Assembly (NCBI GenBank): GCA_003559855.1
Contig: PWJZ01000047.1
Coordinates: forward strand, 32,876-96,875
Length of the DNA: 64,000 bases
Origin: Bacteroidales bacterium
GTDB taxonomy: Bacteria > Bacteroidota > Bacteroidia > Bacteroidales > UBA7960
Direction: 5' to 3'
Part shown: piece by piece, positions 29,558 to 40,062 of the stretch
How the letters are laid out: each line of letters opens with the position of its first letter
Position numbering within the stretch: position 1 is the stretch's first letter
The notes under the pieces: model-generated
Told to the model about the DNA's origin: nothing
What the model saw: only the letters and a program-made list of their open reading frames with translations
Database searches by the model: none
Made by a program: the position numbers and the translations under genes

Positions 29558-30841
29558 TTAATTTTCTGATGAAGCGTCTGTCTGTCCGGTAATACCTTTG
29601 ATTTGATCACGGAACAAAACAAGCTTCAGTTCTTCAACAAGGTATGTTATATCCCTGTTTGTATTGTTCAATAGAATTATGGTGGTATGATCATCAATAA
29701 ATCTATTGAACGAAGTACGGTATCCGTTCCATCTGCCCGGGTGGTGCACTACTTTGCGGTTATGGAATGTCTGGAGCCGCCAGCCAAGCCCATAACTTAC
29801 GGTTCTGTTATTATTAAGCCTGGCATATTCAAATGCTTTATATTTAAGGCTTTCCGGGAGCAGCGAATTGTCGTAAAGAGCCTGATCCCATTTGTAAAGG
29901 TCAATAACTGAAGAATATATGCCTTTATCTCCCAACACACCATCAATATAATTATGAGGTATGCGGATGTAAGAATTTCTGAACCTGCGATAACCATAAG
30001 CTATGTTTTCAATAACGGCCGGATTATGCAAGTCTTTCACAAATGAATGGTTCATTTTGAGCGGCTCAAATATTTCCTGCTCAATAAACCCTGCATAACT
30101 TTTACCTGAAACTCTTTCAATCAGTAAAGCCAAAAATACATAACCGGTATTTGAATAAGCAAATCGTTGCCCTGGCTGAAAATTTACCGGCAAAGTATAT
30201 CTGACAAACAGGTTAAGTAAATCTTCATTGGCAGGCATCGTCTTACGTTGCCACCGGTTTTCTATAAGCCACATATAGTTTTGCAGACCTGATGTATGAG
30301 TGAGTAAATGCCGTATTGTTATCCCGTGGTAGGGAAATTCGGGAATATGGCGTACCACCGGATCATCAATGTGCAACAACCCCCTGTGATGCAAAAGTAA
30401 AACAGCAGCAGCCGTAAAAGTCTTACTTATACTGGCAACCTGAAAAACAGTAGAATCATTTAATGGAGTTTTGCCGGTAAAATCACCATATCCGAATGAA
30501 CGGTTGTAAATTATTAATCCGTACCTGGCAATCAACACATTGCCATTGAAATTATTTTTTTCCAGTATACTTGTTACAGTCTCATCATAATACCTTATCT
30601 GATCCCCGAAAACCACCGGAACCAAATTCAAATCTTCCAGGCCCGAATAACCTCCCACCCCCTGTTCGTGAACACTTTTTGTAACATTCAGATCAGATGA
30701 GCCAAAAATAATAAAAACAACAAACAATAAAATATAACGATAAGAATAAGCAGCTTTTGAAAAACAATTGCATACAGTCGTTAAAAAAAACGAAAACTTG
30801 TCTGAAAACCTGAGTTTAAATCCTTTTCCAAATAACCGCAT
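29558..30841 (-). CDS. serine hydrolase, beta-lactamase/transpeptidase-like family
   Basis: SISKTF (SxxK) nucleophile motif and YSNTGY (YxN-like); N-terminal TM/signal segment. Confidence 0.8.
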   Translation of the reverse strand: MRLFGKGFKLRFSDKFSFFLTTVCNCFSKAAYSYRYILLFVVFIIFGSSDLNVTKSVHEQGVGGYSGLEDLNLVPVVFGDQIRYYDETVTSILEKNNFNGNVLIARYGLIIYNRSFGYGDFTGKTPLNDSTVFQVASISKTFTAAAVLLLHHRGLLHIDDPVVRHIPEFPYHGITIRHLLTHTSGLQNYMWLIENRWQRKTMPANEDLLNLFVRYTLPVNFQPGQRFAYSNTGYVFLALLIERVSGKSYAGFIEQEIFEPLKMNHSFVKDLHNPAVIENIAYGYRRFRNSYIRIPHNYIDGVLGDKGIYSSVIDLYKWDQALYDNSLLPESLKYKAFEYARLNNNRTVSYGLGWRLQTFHNRKVVHHPGRWNGYRTSFNRFIDDHTTIILLNNTNRDITYLVEELKLVLFRDQIKGITGQTDASSEN

Positions 30842-31038
30842 AGTTTTACTTTCTTGTCTACTTTTTTACCTTACCAGAATTTTGCGGGCAAAAATAATAA
30901 TTTTTTTCTATATATATACGTATATAATTTTCTAAAGTTTTGAACAACATTTTCTTCATAATTAAAATCACTGCAAACTATATCAAAATTAAATTTCCGA
31001 ATTTTGGCACTGAAGTAAATTGTCTGACCGTATACTGA

Positions 31039-32112
31039 TCAGAAAAGATGCCTGAAAGGTACCAGCAACCATTCGAAGAACTTCTGCACTGCAGGTCTTT
31101 TTGTCCAGCTATCGAAATCAAAATTCTCTGATTCTTTCAGTGTTTCATTAATGTGACTTACTATTTGTTTTACCATTGATTTATGCTGACCTGCAAGGCA
31201 TATTTCATGCATATATCTGAAAGAACGGTAATCAAAGTTTGACGATCCTACGACAAAATACTTTCTGTCTACCAGAAAAATCTTTGAATGGAGGTTTTGT
31301 GACAGGAAAAAAAATATTTTTACATTATGTTGGGAGAGTTCTCCAAGATACTTCGAAGTAAGCACATCAAGTATCTGGATATCCGATTTTTTTGGTATAA
31401 TTACCCTGACAGAAATGCCGCGGTCTCCTGCTTCCATAAGAGCTTTACGTAAATGCGCCCCGGGTAAAAAATAAGGTGTTTCAATAATTATCTCTTTGGA
31501 AGCTTTATTTATCAATTCCAGAAATTTCTTTTGCACAGGCTGATGAATGAGAGAAGGTACATCACGCAATATTTCCAGTTTATTATGTTTTATGATTTTA
31601 GTATATTCTACCTTGTCGTAAAAATATTTTTTATATATTTTGAAATTTCCCCAAAACACCCCGGTAAACTTTTTTGCGATATCACCTTTTAACCTGAAAA
31701 CCGATTCACGCCAATTGAGCGAATAACTTGTAATATTCGCGGAACCTATATAGACAATCTCCTCGTCTACTATCAATAGCTTGCGATGATTTCGCCTGTG
31801 GCCTTTTGTAAAAACATCAAAATTGAATCTTATTTTTTCAAAAAACCGCAACTCCACACCCTCCTCAATAAGGTCCTGAAAAAAACTATAAGATGATGAT
31901 GCACCCCACGAATCGATCAATAGCTTTACATTAACCCCCTCCCGGCACTTTTTCAAAAGATTATCCCTGAAACGTACTCCAAAAGGATCATTGCTGAAAC
32001 GGTATATTTCAATATAAATACTTTTTTTTGCAGTTTTTATATCATCGAGCATTGCCGTATAAAACAACAACGGGTCAGAAAACATCTTTATTTGTATGTC
32101 ATCCTTCTGCAT
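31039..32112 (-). CDS. phospholipase D-like protein with two HKD motifs (cardiolipin-synthase-like, no TM segment seen)
   Basis: HRKLLIVDEEIVYIGSANI and HSKIFLVDRKYFVVGSSNF. Confidence 0.8.
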   Translation of the reverse strand: MQKDDIQIKMFSDPLLFYTAMLDDIKTAKKSIYIEIYRFSNDPFGVRFRDNLLKKCREGVNVKLLIDSWGASSSYSFFQDLIEEGVELRFFEKIRFNFDVFTKGHRRNHRKLLIVDEEIVYIGSANITSYSLNWRESVFRLKGDIAKKFTGVFWGNFKIYKKYFYDKVEYTKIIKHNKLEILRDVPSLIHQPVQKKFLELINKASKEIIIETPYFLPGAHLRKALMEAGDRGISVRVIIPKKSDIQILDVLTSKYLGELSQHNVKIFFFLSQNLHSKIFLVDRKYFVVGSSNFDYRSFRYMHEICLAGQHKSMVKQIVSHINETLKESENFDFDSWTKRPAVQKFFEWLLVPFRHLF

Positions 32113-32462
32113 TACTATTTCAGCTAAAACATCCTTTATACAATCAGGAAAAACTCCTCAATATTAATCTTTAATTAAATAAACGCAGCTAATTTATAAA
32201 TTTTATTTAATGAATGACCCTTTATTTAACTGATTAAAAAGAATATCTTTTTACATGTTTCATTTAACCGTTCGCAGCAAAAACGAGGCTTTTTCCGTTA
32301 AATATAAGCCAAAAAAATCTGTCTGTAACCATTGGTTTTTGCATTTTGAATAACCAAATTTACAAATTAATTCTTTCCTGCATCTAAAAAGGATTTTGCA
32401 TATTTTTTACTATTTTTGGCTGATAATCGAATTGAATAATAAAACCTATAAACAATAAAAGG

Positions 32463-33362
32463 ATGTTAAAGAAATTATCGGCTCTACACAAAATGGCAAG
32501 GAAAGGTAAGATCAGCAAGCTGGTATTGGCTGCCGCGCATGATACAAATGCGATGTCTGCTGCTATGGATGCTTACAATGCGGGAATAGTCAAGCTTATT
32601 TTTGTAGGTGATAAAAAGAATATAGAAGAAATTGCATATGAAAAGAGCTTTAATCTTGATGGTGTAAGGGTTATAGATGACCCGGATATTGACAGTGCTG
32701 CTGCTTGTTCAATCAAGATGGTAAGCAAAAAGGAAGCTGATATAGTTATGAAGGGTAATCTTGGCACTGCGAGTCTTTTACGTGCGGTATTAAACAAAGA
32801 ATGGGGGTTGAGAACCGGAGAATTGTTGTCGCATCTGGCCATTTTCGAGCTTCCCGCATATCATAAATTATTAGGGCTTACCGATGCAGCTATGAATATA
32901 TCACCTGATCTTGAAGGGAAAATATCATTAATTCGCAATTCTGTTGAGTATTTCCGTCGCCTTGGTATCAAACAGCCCAAAGTAGCTGTTTTAAGCGCTG
33001 TAGAAACCGTCAATCCCGACATAAAATCTTCTGCAGAGGCAGCTATCCTTGCCAGGATGGCTCATCGCAAACAAATCAAGAATTGTATTGTTGACGGGCC
33101 TCTGGCATTTGATAATGCCATCAGCAAAAAAAGCACCGAAATAAAAGGTATAGACAGTCCCGTGGCCGGCGATGCCGACATACTGGTAGGCGATGATATT
33201 GATGTATCAAATAGCTTATACAAAGCTTTCATATATTTTGCCGGAGCGAAATGTGCCGCAGTAATTATAGGTGCAGCAGCACCAATAGTTCTGACCTCGC
33301 GTGCCGATACTGATGAAACAAAACTGAACAGCATTGCACTGGCTGCCGCTATTAATCAATAG
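32463..33362 (+). CDS. ptb: phosphate butyryltransferase / phosphate acyltransferase
   Basis: 299-aa PTA_PTB-family pattern (VLAAAHD..., MKGNLGTA, LTSRADT), located directly upstream of buk. Confidence 0.8.
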   Translation: MLKKLSALHKMARKGKISKLVLAAAHDTNAMSAAMDAYNAGIVKLIFVGDKKNIEEIAYEKSFNLDGVRVIDDPDIDSAAACSIKMVSKKEADIVMKGNLGTASLLRAVLNKEWGLRTGELLSHLAIFELPAYHKLLGLTDAAMNISPDLEGKISLIRNSVEYFRRLGIKQPKVAVLSAVETVNPDIKSSAEAAILARMAHRKQIKNCIVDGPLAFDNAISKKSTEIKGIDSPVAGDADILVGDDIDVSNSLYKAFIYFAGAKCAAVIIGAAAPIVLTSRADTDETKLNSIALAAAINQ

Positions 33363-33397
33363 TTAATGATCTTTAATTTTTCAGAAAAACGAATAAA

Positions 33398-34474
33398 ATG
33401 GATGATAAATTAATTCTGGTTATTAATCCGGGTTCTACATCAACAAAAATTGCTCTGTTTCAAGGTACTAAAGAGATATTTCTCAAGAATGTCAAACACT
33501 CCAGGGAAGATATTGACAAATTTGCTAAAATTACCGATCAGTTTGAGTTTCGCAAGGATGTAATTTTGGATGAAATAGAGAATTCGGGTTTCAGCAAAAA
33601 CGACATTGGCGTAATAATTGGCCGCGGCGGGCTTATAAAACCCGTAAAATGCGGGGTATATGAAGTTAATACAGCGTTGTTAAAGGATCTTAAAAAGGGT
33701 ATTCTTGGGCAACATGCAAGTAATTTGGGAGGGTTAATAGCTAAAGATATTTCCAGGTCAATTAAAGGCGCCAAGGCATTTATAGCTGATCCGGTCGTTG
33801 TTGATGAACTGGATGATATTGCCCGTATTTCAGGTCATCCCAGGTTTGAAAGGATTTCAATATTTCATGCTTTGAATCAAAAAGCTGTGGCACGCCAGCA
33901 CGCCAAATCATTATCCAGAAATTATGAAGATATGAATCTTATTGTTGCTCATCTTGGCGGTGGTGTTTCGGTTGGTACGCATCACAGGGGTAAGGTAATT
34001 GATGTTAACCAGGCTTTGGATGGTGATGGTCCTTTTTCACCCGAACGCAGCGGGACATTGCCCGTAGGATCATTAGCCAAATTATGTTTCAGCGGCAAAG
34101 TAACTTATGAAGAAGTAAAAAAAATGATTACCGGGCAAGGCGGTTACGTTGCCTATGTAGGCACTAATGATGCCTATGAAATTGAAAAACGCGCCAATAA
34201 AGGTGATAAAAAAGCGGATTTTATTCAGGAAGCCCTTGCTTACCAGGTAGCCAAAGAAATCGGTGCCATGTCAACTGTCCTCAAAGGAAATGTAGATGCT
34301 ATAATTCTAACCGGAGGAATGGCATACGGGAAAAAACTTGTTGAAAGCATTACCGAAAGAGTAAGACATATCTCCCCCGTATTTGTTAATCCTGGTGAAA
34401 ATGAAATGCGGGCACTCGCCATGAATGCCCTAATTGTGCTTAAAGGTGAAGCCGAAATTTTGGAATATAAATAA
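33398..34474 (+). CDS. buk: butyrate kinase
   Basis: 358 aa; ILVINPGSTSTKIA N-terminus and acetate/butyrate kinase core (AHLGGGVS, ILTGGMAY). Confidence 0.9.
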   Translation: MDDKLILVINPGSTSTKIALFQGTKEIFLKNVKHSREDIDKFAKITDQFEFRKDVILDEIENSGFSKNDIGVIIGRGGLIKPVKCGVYEVNTALLKDLKKGILGQHASNLGGLIAKDISRSIKGAKAFIADPVVVDELDDIARISGHPRFERISIFHALNQKAVARQHAKSLSRNYEDMNLIVAHLGGGVSVGTHHRGKVIDVNQALDGDGPFSPERSGTLPVGSLAKLCFSGKVTYEEVKKMITGQGGYVAYVGTNDAYEIEKRANKGDKKADFIQEALAYQVAKEIGAMSTVLKGNVDAIILTGGMAYGKKLVESITERVRHISPVFVNPGENEMRALAMNALIVLKGEAEILEYK

Positions 34475-34774
34475 CAGGGATACCTTTGAGATACGCGCCG
34501 GAAGGCCTGCAATTGCGCCCAAAGGGGTTTATCTGTCTTTGGCTTCAAATCCTGGTATTAAATACTAACCGCAAGGCGCGAAGGCACTAAGAAAAGTGGA
34601 AAAGCATGCAGATGTTTTAAAAACAACATCAAGATTTTCAAATGATAGAACTTTCAACCACTTAAACACTGTGTAAAAGCATCGTTTGAGCTTGATTGCT
34701 GTCCCGCACATGCGGGAGAAAAAGTTGAAGAAAAAATCCGGGAAAAACATTCTGCTGTTCTTTTTCGGGATTTA

Positions 34775-34886
34775 GCTTCGCTGCTACTTCGTGGTCTCAC
34801 TGCAGTCGAAATGACAGGATCATCGCAGAGAAGAGGGGGTAAGAGAGGTGGCTGCTGTGCCGCCACCACCCGCTCCTGCTCTCTGC
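34775..34886. repeat. partial copy of the 19.5-kb palindromic element family
   Basis: Arm TTCGCTGCTACTTCGTGGTCTCACTGCAGTCGAAATGACAGG, followed by hairpin GCAGAG...GGTGGC-tgctgtgcc-GCCACC...CTCTGC. The GGTGGCTGC..GCCACCACC core is shared with 19539..19557. Confidence 0.45.
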
Positions 34887-35148
34887 AAAAAACTTTTTAG
34901 CAGCATCCTCCGGTCCCGGTGAAGACACCTTACAAAACAAGCGAAAAGTGCGTTAAAAAAGATTTGTTTTACTAAGCCACGTTCGCGGCTACACTGTGGT
35001 AGCCAAGCACAGTTATCCAACCTAACCCAAAGCCGCATAGCGGCAATAGTATGGTAAAGCATCCAATGGATCAAAACCTGCCAATATTAATACATTGATT
35101 ATCAGCTTATTAAACATATTTGGTTCATGTTCCGGCAAAACGCCACGA

Positions 35149-38100
35149 TCATTCTTTTTCATAATTTACCAGGGGCATCCTTATTATGAAAGTTGATCCC
35201 TTATTGGCCTGTGATTCAAAGGAAATGGTTCCGTCAAAACCTTCTATGATGTTTTTTACCATTGCCAAACCCAGACCAAGGCCACCGGTTTTGGTAGTAA
35301 AATAGGGCTTAAAAATTTTATCTTTCTGCGAATCAGTTATCCCGCAACCTTTGTCTTTAATACAAATAACCGCATGATCTTCTTCTTTAAAGCAATCGAT
35401 AGTAATATGGGCTGTTTGGTCTTTTTCATAAGATTGTATTGCGTTTTTTAAAAGATTATTAAATACACGCAACATTTGTTTGGGGTCAGCATAAATTGTC
35501 ATTTTCTGCTCATCGATATTCAGGTTTATTTTCACTTTTTCAAAATCCTTGTACAATTCCACTATTTCTGGAATGAAGCTGTTCAGTTCAATCCAGCTGT
35601 TATTGTTTGAAGGCAGTTTGGCAAAATCAGAAAATTCGCTTGCTATAAGTGATAATGAATCGATCTGCTCAACCATGGTTTTTGTAAATCCCTCCAGTCG
35701 CTCTTCCCAGTCTTCTACCCTGTCTTTCCAGGCCTTATGTAAATATTGCACACTGAGTTTCATAGGTGTAAGCGGATTTTTGATTTCATGTGCCACCTGT
35801 TTAGCCATCTCCCTCCATGCTGATTCTCTTTCATTCTTGGCTAAAAGCTCTGCGCTTATTTCAAGCTCATCAATCATACGGTTATATTCCCTGACAAGGT
35901 TTCCAATTTCATCATTACGGCTCCATTCTATTTTCATGTTTGTCCGGCCAAGCTTTATGCGTGATAAACTTTCCCTTATGAGCTGCAAGGGGCGGGTAAC
36001 ATAGTTGGAAATAAAAAATGCGACGACAATGGCCATTACCAATAATAAAAGGTAAATGTTCATAAAAGCAACCAAAAATGTTGAAATTTCATACTGCATC
36101 TCTCGTTCCCTGGCAAAATAAGGCAGATTAATATAAGCAAGAAGGTCATTTTCAAAGTTTTTCAAAGGAATATATGCCGAAAGGAACTGAAGCCTGCCGA
36201 TATGCTCATTATGTATAAAAAAACTTTTATTCCTATCTTTCATTGTACCCAGAGCCACCGGATCCATTAATGATGAAACCAGTCCTTCGTCATAGATCCT
36301 TGAACGCGAAGATGCCAATAAATTTCCTCCCGGATCAAACAGATTAATATCGGTAAAAAATACATTGGAGAGTTTGAGCAGCTGATCCGAAAGATAATAT
36401 TCGTATTGATAATCAAGATATGGCTCTTCCCCCAGGTTGTTTTCCATTTCAACCAGTATGCTGTAGGCTTTTTCACTGACTATATTTAAACTTTTATTCT
36501 CATGAACATTAAGTAAGAACCAAACCGAAGCCCACCCAATGATTATTCCTGATAAAATAACAATCAATACCATCGAAAACTGCACCCTGCGTTTGAAGTT
36601 AAATTTCAACCTAAAATCACCCTTCCATGCATGCAGTATAATCCAAAAAACCAACACCATCAGAAAAAACAAGATAAACAAATAAGAAAACGGTGCTATA
36701 ATTTCAAAAAATCCATCTTTTTCACGGCTTATAATTATTTGAGTTTCTTCATCTTTCTGGTAATTCAAATGATGAAAATTTTCTTTTTCAAAAAAGGTAA
36801 ATTCTTTTTTAAAATCCCCATAAGCGGCTGATTTGTTATTAAAGAAATAATTTCCCACCCTGTGGGTAAGCTCACCGAATTTATAAAAAGCAAAAGAATA
36901 ATTAATCAGTTCCCTTTTTATATCAACCGATTCATCCAAGAGTAATTCCGGGAAACCCATATCTCTTGGTATGTATTTAGAATCGAATTCCACATATACA
37001 TAGTAATCGGGTGATTTTTCAGGATATTTTTGCAGATGATCATTCTGAAAAAATATCGGCAACCTTACAATATAACTGTCTCTGCCTGTATTATTCTCAA
37101 GGTAAAACAAATACTCGGAATCTGTTGATTTCCCGAATGATTTAATATAATCATCAAAAAAATAACCGCATTCCACTTCAATATTGGACGGTTTAATCAA
37201 AAGTATATCATCAGGATGGCATATTGTGATCTGCATATCATATTTAAGCCAATAGTCATAAAAATAATTTGCCTTTAAATAGTTATACACATCATACTCA
37301 TTGTAAGGATCATCGTAAATAATTTCTTTCAGATATTTGTCTTTAAGCAAATCATTTTCGTTTTCCAGAAAGAGATATTCAGCAATAGGGTCCTGATCGG
37401 ACGATAATTTTAAAGCAAGGCTTTTTCTTTCATTTCGCTCTTTGATTTCATTGAAGCCATAAAGAGCTGTTGTGGAAATCATAGAAAAAACAAATATATA
37501 AAGAATTAAATTGCTAAACTTCAATTGTTTATCTTCCGTAATTTTTTCATTGATTATCAATAGCATCAGAAGTAGCACAAAACCCGCCAGAGATAACGGA
37601 TATTGAATATTCACCGGAAAGGTTAATGCCAGTAATATTAAAAATGACGAAAAAATTACGGTGTACATATATTGTACAGGTTTTATGACTGCCTTAACGT
37701 ACCATAAAACTGTTCTTGAAAAAAAGTAAAATGCAAACAATATAAAACCAATAATCAAGAATCCTATTATTGAATAATAATCAAGACTAAAGACGAAATT
37801 TACATTCAGATTTAATTTAGAATTTATTACCAATCCTTTAATAAGTTCATAAATGCCATATCCAGCCAATCCTATTATTCCGGTTGCAGCAACTCCCACG
37901 GAGATTTTTTTCCAGCCACTATCGAGGGTTTTCAATTTTACATCTTGTATTTTGAGGTTTATGATCCATGTTATCCAAAAAATCAATATTACATTCAAGA
38001 ACAAATCACCCAGCGAAGGAAGATAATATGCTGCAGCATAAAGTGAAGGCGAAAACAGCTCGCTGTCGGACAAAGAGGAGGCAATTCCATAAAAATAAAA

Positions 38101-38898
38101 AATTGTACGCGCAAAAATTATCAACATGATAAAGATCAAACAAGCAGGAAAAAATTTTCTTTTTTCATAATAATATATCTTAAAGACAAAATGATAGATA
38201 GAATAAAAAATCAAAAACAACGCCGATATTGCAAATAACAATGCCAAACGGTAAAGCGGGATGGATTTATATAAAATATCTGATTTTTCATCCTTACTGA
38301 AATAAAACAGGATATTTTCCCCCTCCTTATCAAATACTTGGTAATCTGTTTCTTCGATGGATGGTACAACAGGCTCAGGCATCATTTCATATTTCATATG
38401 ATAAGTATTTCTCAGGAACCTGTTCTGATAGTTATAATCACGTTTTAAAAGCATAAAAGCCCAAAAATCGTAGTTGTCCCGACTTTGTCTTATATAATAA
38501 TGCCATCCGTTTTGCAATTCAAGCAGTCCTTCATCTTCATCAATACCAGTAAGCTCATGAAAGGTAAGACTGTTTTCTGACCAAAAAACAGCATGGTTAT
38601 CTTCACTAACCATAAAAACAAGACCATAATTGTCATATTTTTTGGCCAGATGTTCAATTAGTTTTAAATCTTTAAAAATACCTTTTTCAGAATTTTTAAA
38701 ATTCTCAGTCAGAGATAAAAGATTATCAAAAGCTTTTTGTTTATTATCAAGAAATTTTTTATTAAAATCTGATACTCTTGCTTCAATATCAACCGCTAAA
38801 TATTTTTTATCATAAATCCATTCCGAAACAAAAACAAAGGCAATTCCTGCAAACAGAAAGACTAAAGGATAAATATTTTTTCTCAGTATTTGTTGCAT
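35149..38898 (-). CDS. very large multi-TM sensor histidine kinase, NtrY-like transmitter
   Basis: 1249 aa. HAMP (RPLQLIRESL...NDEIGNLVREYNRMIDEL), H-box WREMAKQVAHEIKNPLTPM, N-box NNLLKNAIQS, and G-boxes DKGCGI / GGLGLGLAMV. It has at least 10 hydrophobic helices and three predicted extracytoplasmic segments. Confidence 0.85.
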   Translation of the reverse strand: MQQILRKNIYPLVFLFAGIAFVFVSEWIYDKKYLAVDIEARVSDFNKKFLDNKQKAFDNLLSLTENFKNSEKGIFKDLKLIEHLAKKYDNYGLVFMVSEDNHAVFWSENSLTFHELTGIDEDEGLLELQNGWHYYIRQSRDNYDFWAFMLLKRDYNYQNRFLRNTYHMKYEMMPEPVVPSIEETDYQVFDKEGENILFYFSKDEKSDILYKSIPLYRLALLFAISALFLIFYSIYHFVFKIYYYEKRKFFPACLIFIMLIIFARTIFYFYGIASSLSDSELFSPSLYAAAYYLPSLGDLFLNVILIFWITWIINLKIQDVKLKTLDSGWKKISVGVAATGIIGLAGYGIYELIKGLVINSKLNLNVNFVFSLDYYSIIGFLIIGFILFAFYFFSRTVLWYVKAVIKPVQYMYTVIFSSFLILLALTFPVNIQYPLSLAGFVLLLMLLIINEKITEDKQLKFSNLILYIFVFSMISTTALYGFNEIKERNERKSLALKLSSDQDPIAEYLFLENENDLLKDKYLKEIIYDDPYNEYDVYNYLKANYFYDYWLKYDMQITICHPDDILLIKPSNIEVECGYFFDDYIKSFGKSTDSEYLFYLENNTGRDSYIVRLPIFFQNDHLQKYPEKSPDYYVYVEFDSKYIPRDMGFPELLLDESVDIKRELINYSFAFYKFGELTHRVGNYFFNNKSAAYGDFKKEFTFFEKENFHHLNYQKDEETQIIISREKDGFFEIIAPFSYLFILFFLMVLVFWIILHAWKGDFRLKFNFKRRVQFSMVLIVILSGIIIGWASVWFLLNVHENKSLNIVSEKAYSILVEMENNLGEEPYLDYQYEYYLSDQLLKLSNVFFTDINLFDPGGNLLASSRSRIYDEGLVSSLMDPVALGTMKDRNKSFFIHNEHIGRLQFLSAYIPLKNFENDLLAYINLPYFAREREMQYEISTFLVAFMNIYLLLLVMAIVVAFFISNYVTRPLQLIRESLSRIKLGRTNMKIEWSRNDEIGNLVREYNRMIDELEISAELLAKNERESAWREMAKQVAHEIKNPLTPMKLSVQYLHKAWKDRVEDWEERLEGFTKTMVEQIDSLSLIASEFSDFAKLPSNNNSWIELNSFIPEIVELYKDFEKVKINLNIDEQKMTIYADPKQMLRVFNNLLKNAIQSYEKDQTAHITIDCFKEEDHAVICIKDKGCGITDSQKDKIFKPYFTTKTGGLGLGLAMVKNIIEGFDGTISFESQANKGSTFIIRMPLVNYEKE

Positions 38899-39119
38899 TG
38901 CAAATATTTTAGCAAAATTATCAATTAAATCTGCCTGTTATCAACTGCTCTTCAACAAATTAATAAGTACAGGCGTTTTTGTTTTTTATTAGAAACAGAG
39001 ATACTTTTGTCTTGTTTCACTAATAAGCTGCGGATTTATAATATATTACAAATTCCATTCCATGTTAACAATTAGTTACAATTTCTACTATATAAACGCT
39101 GCTGAATGAGGGTTTCATT

Positions 39120-40010
39120 TTATTTTTTCCTGAAAAAATAAGCCTGGCTTGAATAAGGTTTTCTTTTCAAAAGCCCGTTCAAATTGGAAATAAAACCTAC
39201 AATTGCAGCTTTTATTATTTTTATCAATAAATTTGAGTTTTGTTCACTTAGTAATGAAACAAAAAAGCTGTCGAATATCAGAGGTTTTTTGTTTATTAAC
39301 TGAAAACCATATTTTTCTCCCAGTATTTTCATTGATCTTTCATTAAAGTGATACAAGTGTCTTGGAACATCATATCCTGCCCACGATTCTTTATAATGTT
39401 TCGCATCGTATGAATCGTAGTTTGGCACTGCCAAGACAAGCAACCCGTTTTTTTTTAAGATATCATTAATACAGATCATGGCTTTGTCGGGGTCTGCAAC
39501 ATGTTCGATAACATGCCACAATGTAATGACATCAAAAGGTCTTTCAGAAAATTCGTTTAATTGATCGCGGTTAATCATTATATTGATTTTTGTTTTATCC
39601 TGTGCGATTTTACGGGCATTCTCACCGGGTTCAAAACCAAAACCCTTCCATCCTTTTTCAATACATTTTTTTAAGAATTCGCCGGTTCCGCAGCCATAAT
39701 CAAGAATTTTCGGCTTTCCTCCGAAGTGATCTTCAATATAACGTATTTTCCTTTTTATCATTCTTTTACGAATAAAAAAGTAGGCTTTTTCAAAAAATGT
39801 GGCAGGTTTTACGGTATGCGATATATACCCCGGAGATTGGTAAAAGTTTTGCATTTGATCTTCCTCAGGTACAGGTTTTGTGTGCAATACTTCACATTTA
39901 TTGCATTTGAAGAGCGTAAATGTTTTGCCTGAAACAAGATCATCTCTTACCTTTAAATAAACAACCGACAGCTCCTCTTTGCAAATTATGCATGTGTTTA
40001 TAATGATCAC
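39120..40010 (-). CDS. class I SAM-dependent methyltransferase with N-terminal Cys4 zinc-ribbon
   Basis: CIIC...18 aa...CNKC ribbon; motif I ILDYGCGTGEF; the track start is GTG. Confidence 0.75.
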   Translation of the reverse strand: MIIINTCIICKEELSVVYLKVRDDLVSGKTFTLFKCNKCEVLHTKPVPEEDQMQNFYQSPGYISHTVKPATFFEKAYFFIRKRMIKRKIRYIEDHFGGKPKILDYGCGTGEFLKKCIEKGWKGFGFEPGENARKIAQDKTKINIMINRDQLNEFSERPFDVITLWHVIEHVADPDKAMICINDILKKNGLLVLAVPNYDSYDAKHYKESWAGYDVPRHLYHFNERSMKILGEKYGFQLINKKPLIFDSFFVSLLSEQNSNLLIKIIKAAIVGFISNLNGLLKRKPYSSQAYFFRKK

Positions 40011-40040
40011 CTTTAATTAATGTTTATTTGCAATATTCTG

Positions 40041-40062
40041 ATTGTTTCACGTGAAACATTTT
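40041..40062 (-). promoter_or_regulatory. conserved 22-nt element with perfect 16-bp palindrome TGTTTCACGTGAAACA (copy 1)
   Basis: ATTGTTTCACGTGAAACATTTT is identical to 42378..42399. It lies 30 nt upstream of the methyltransferase start codon. Confidence 0.45.
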
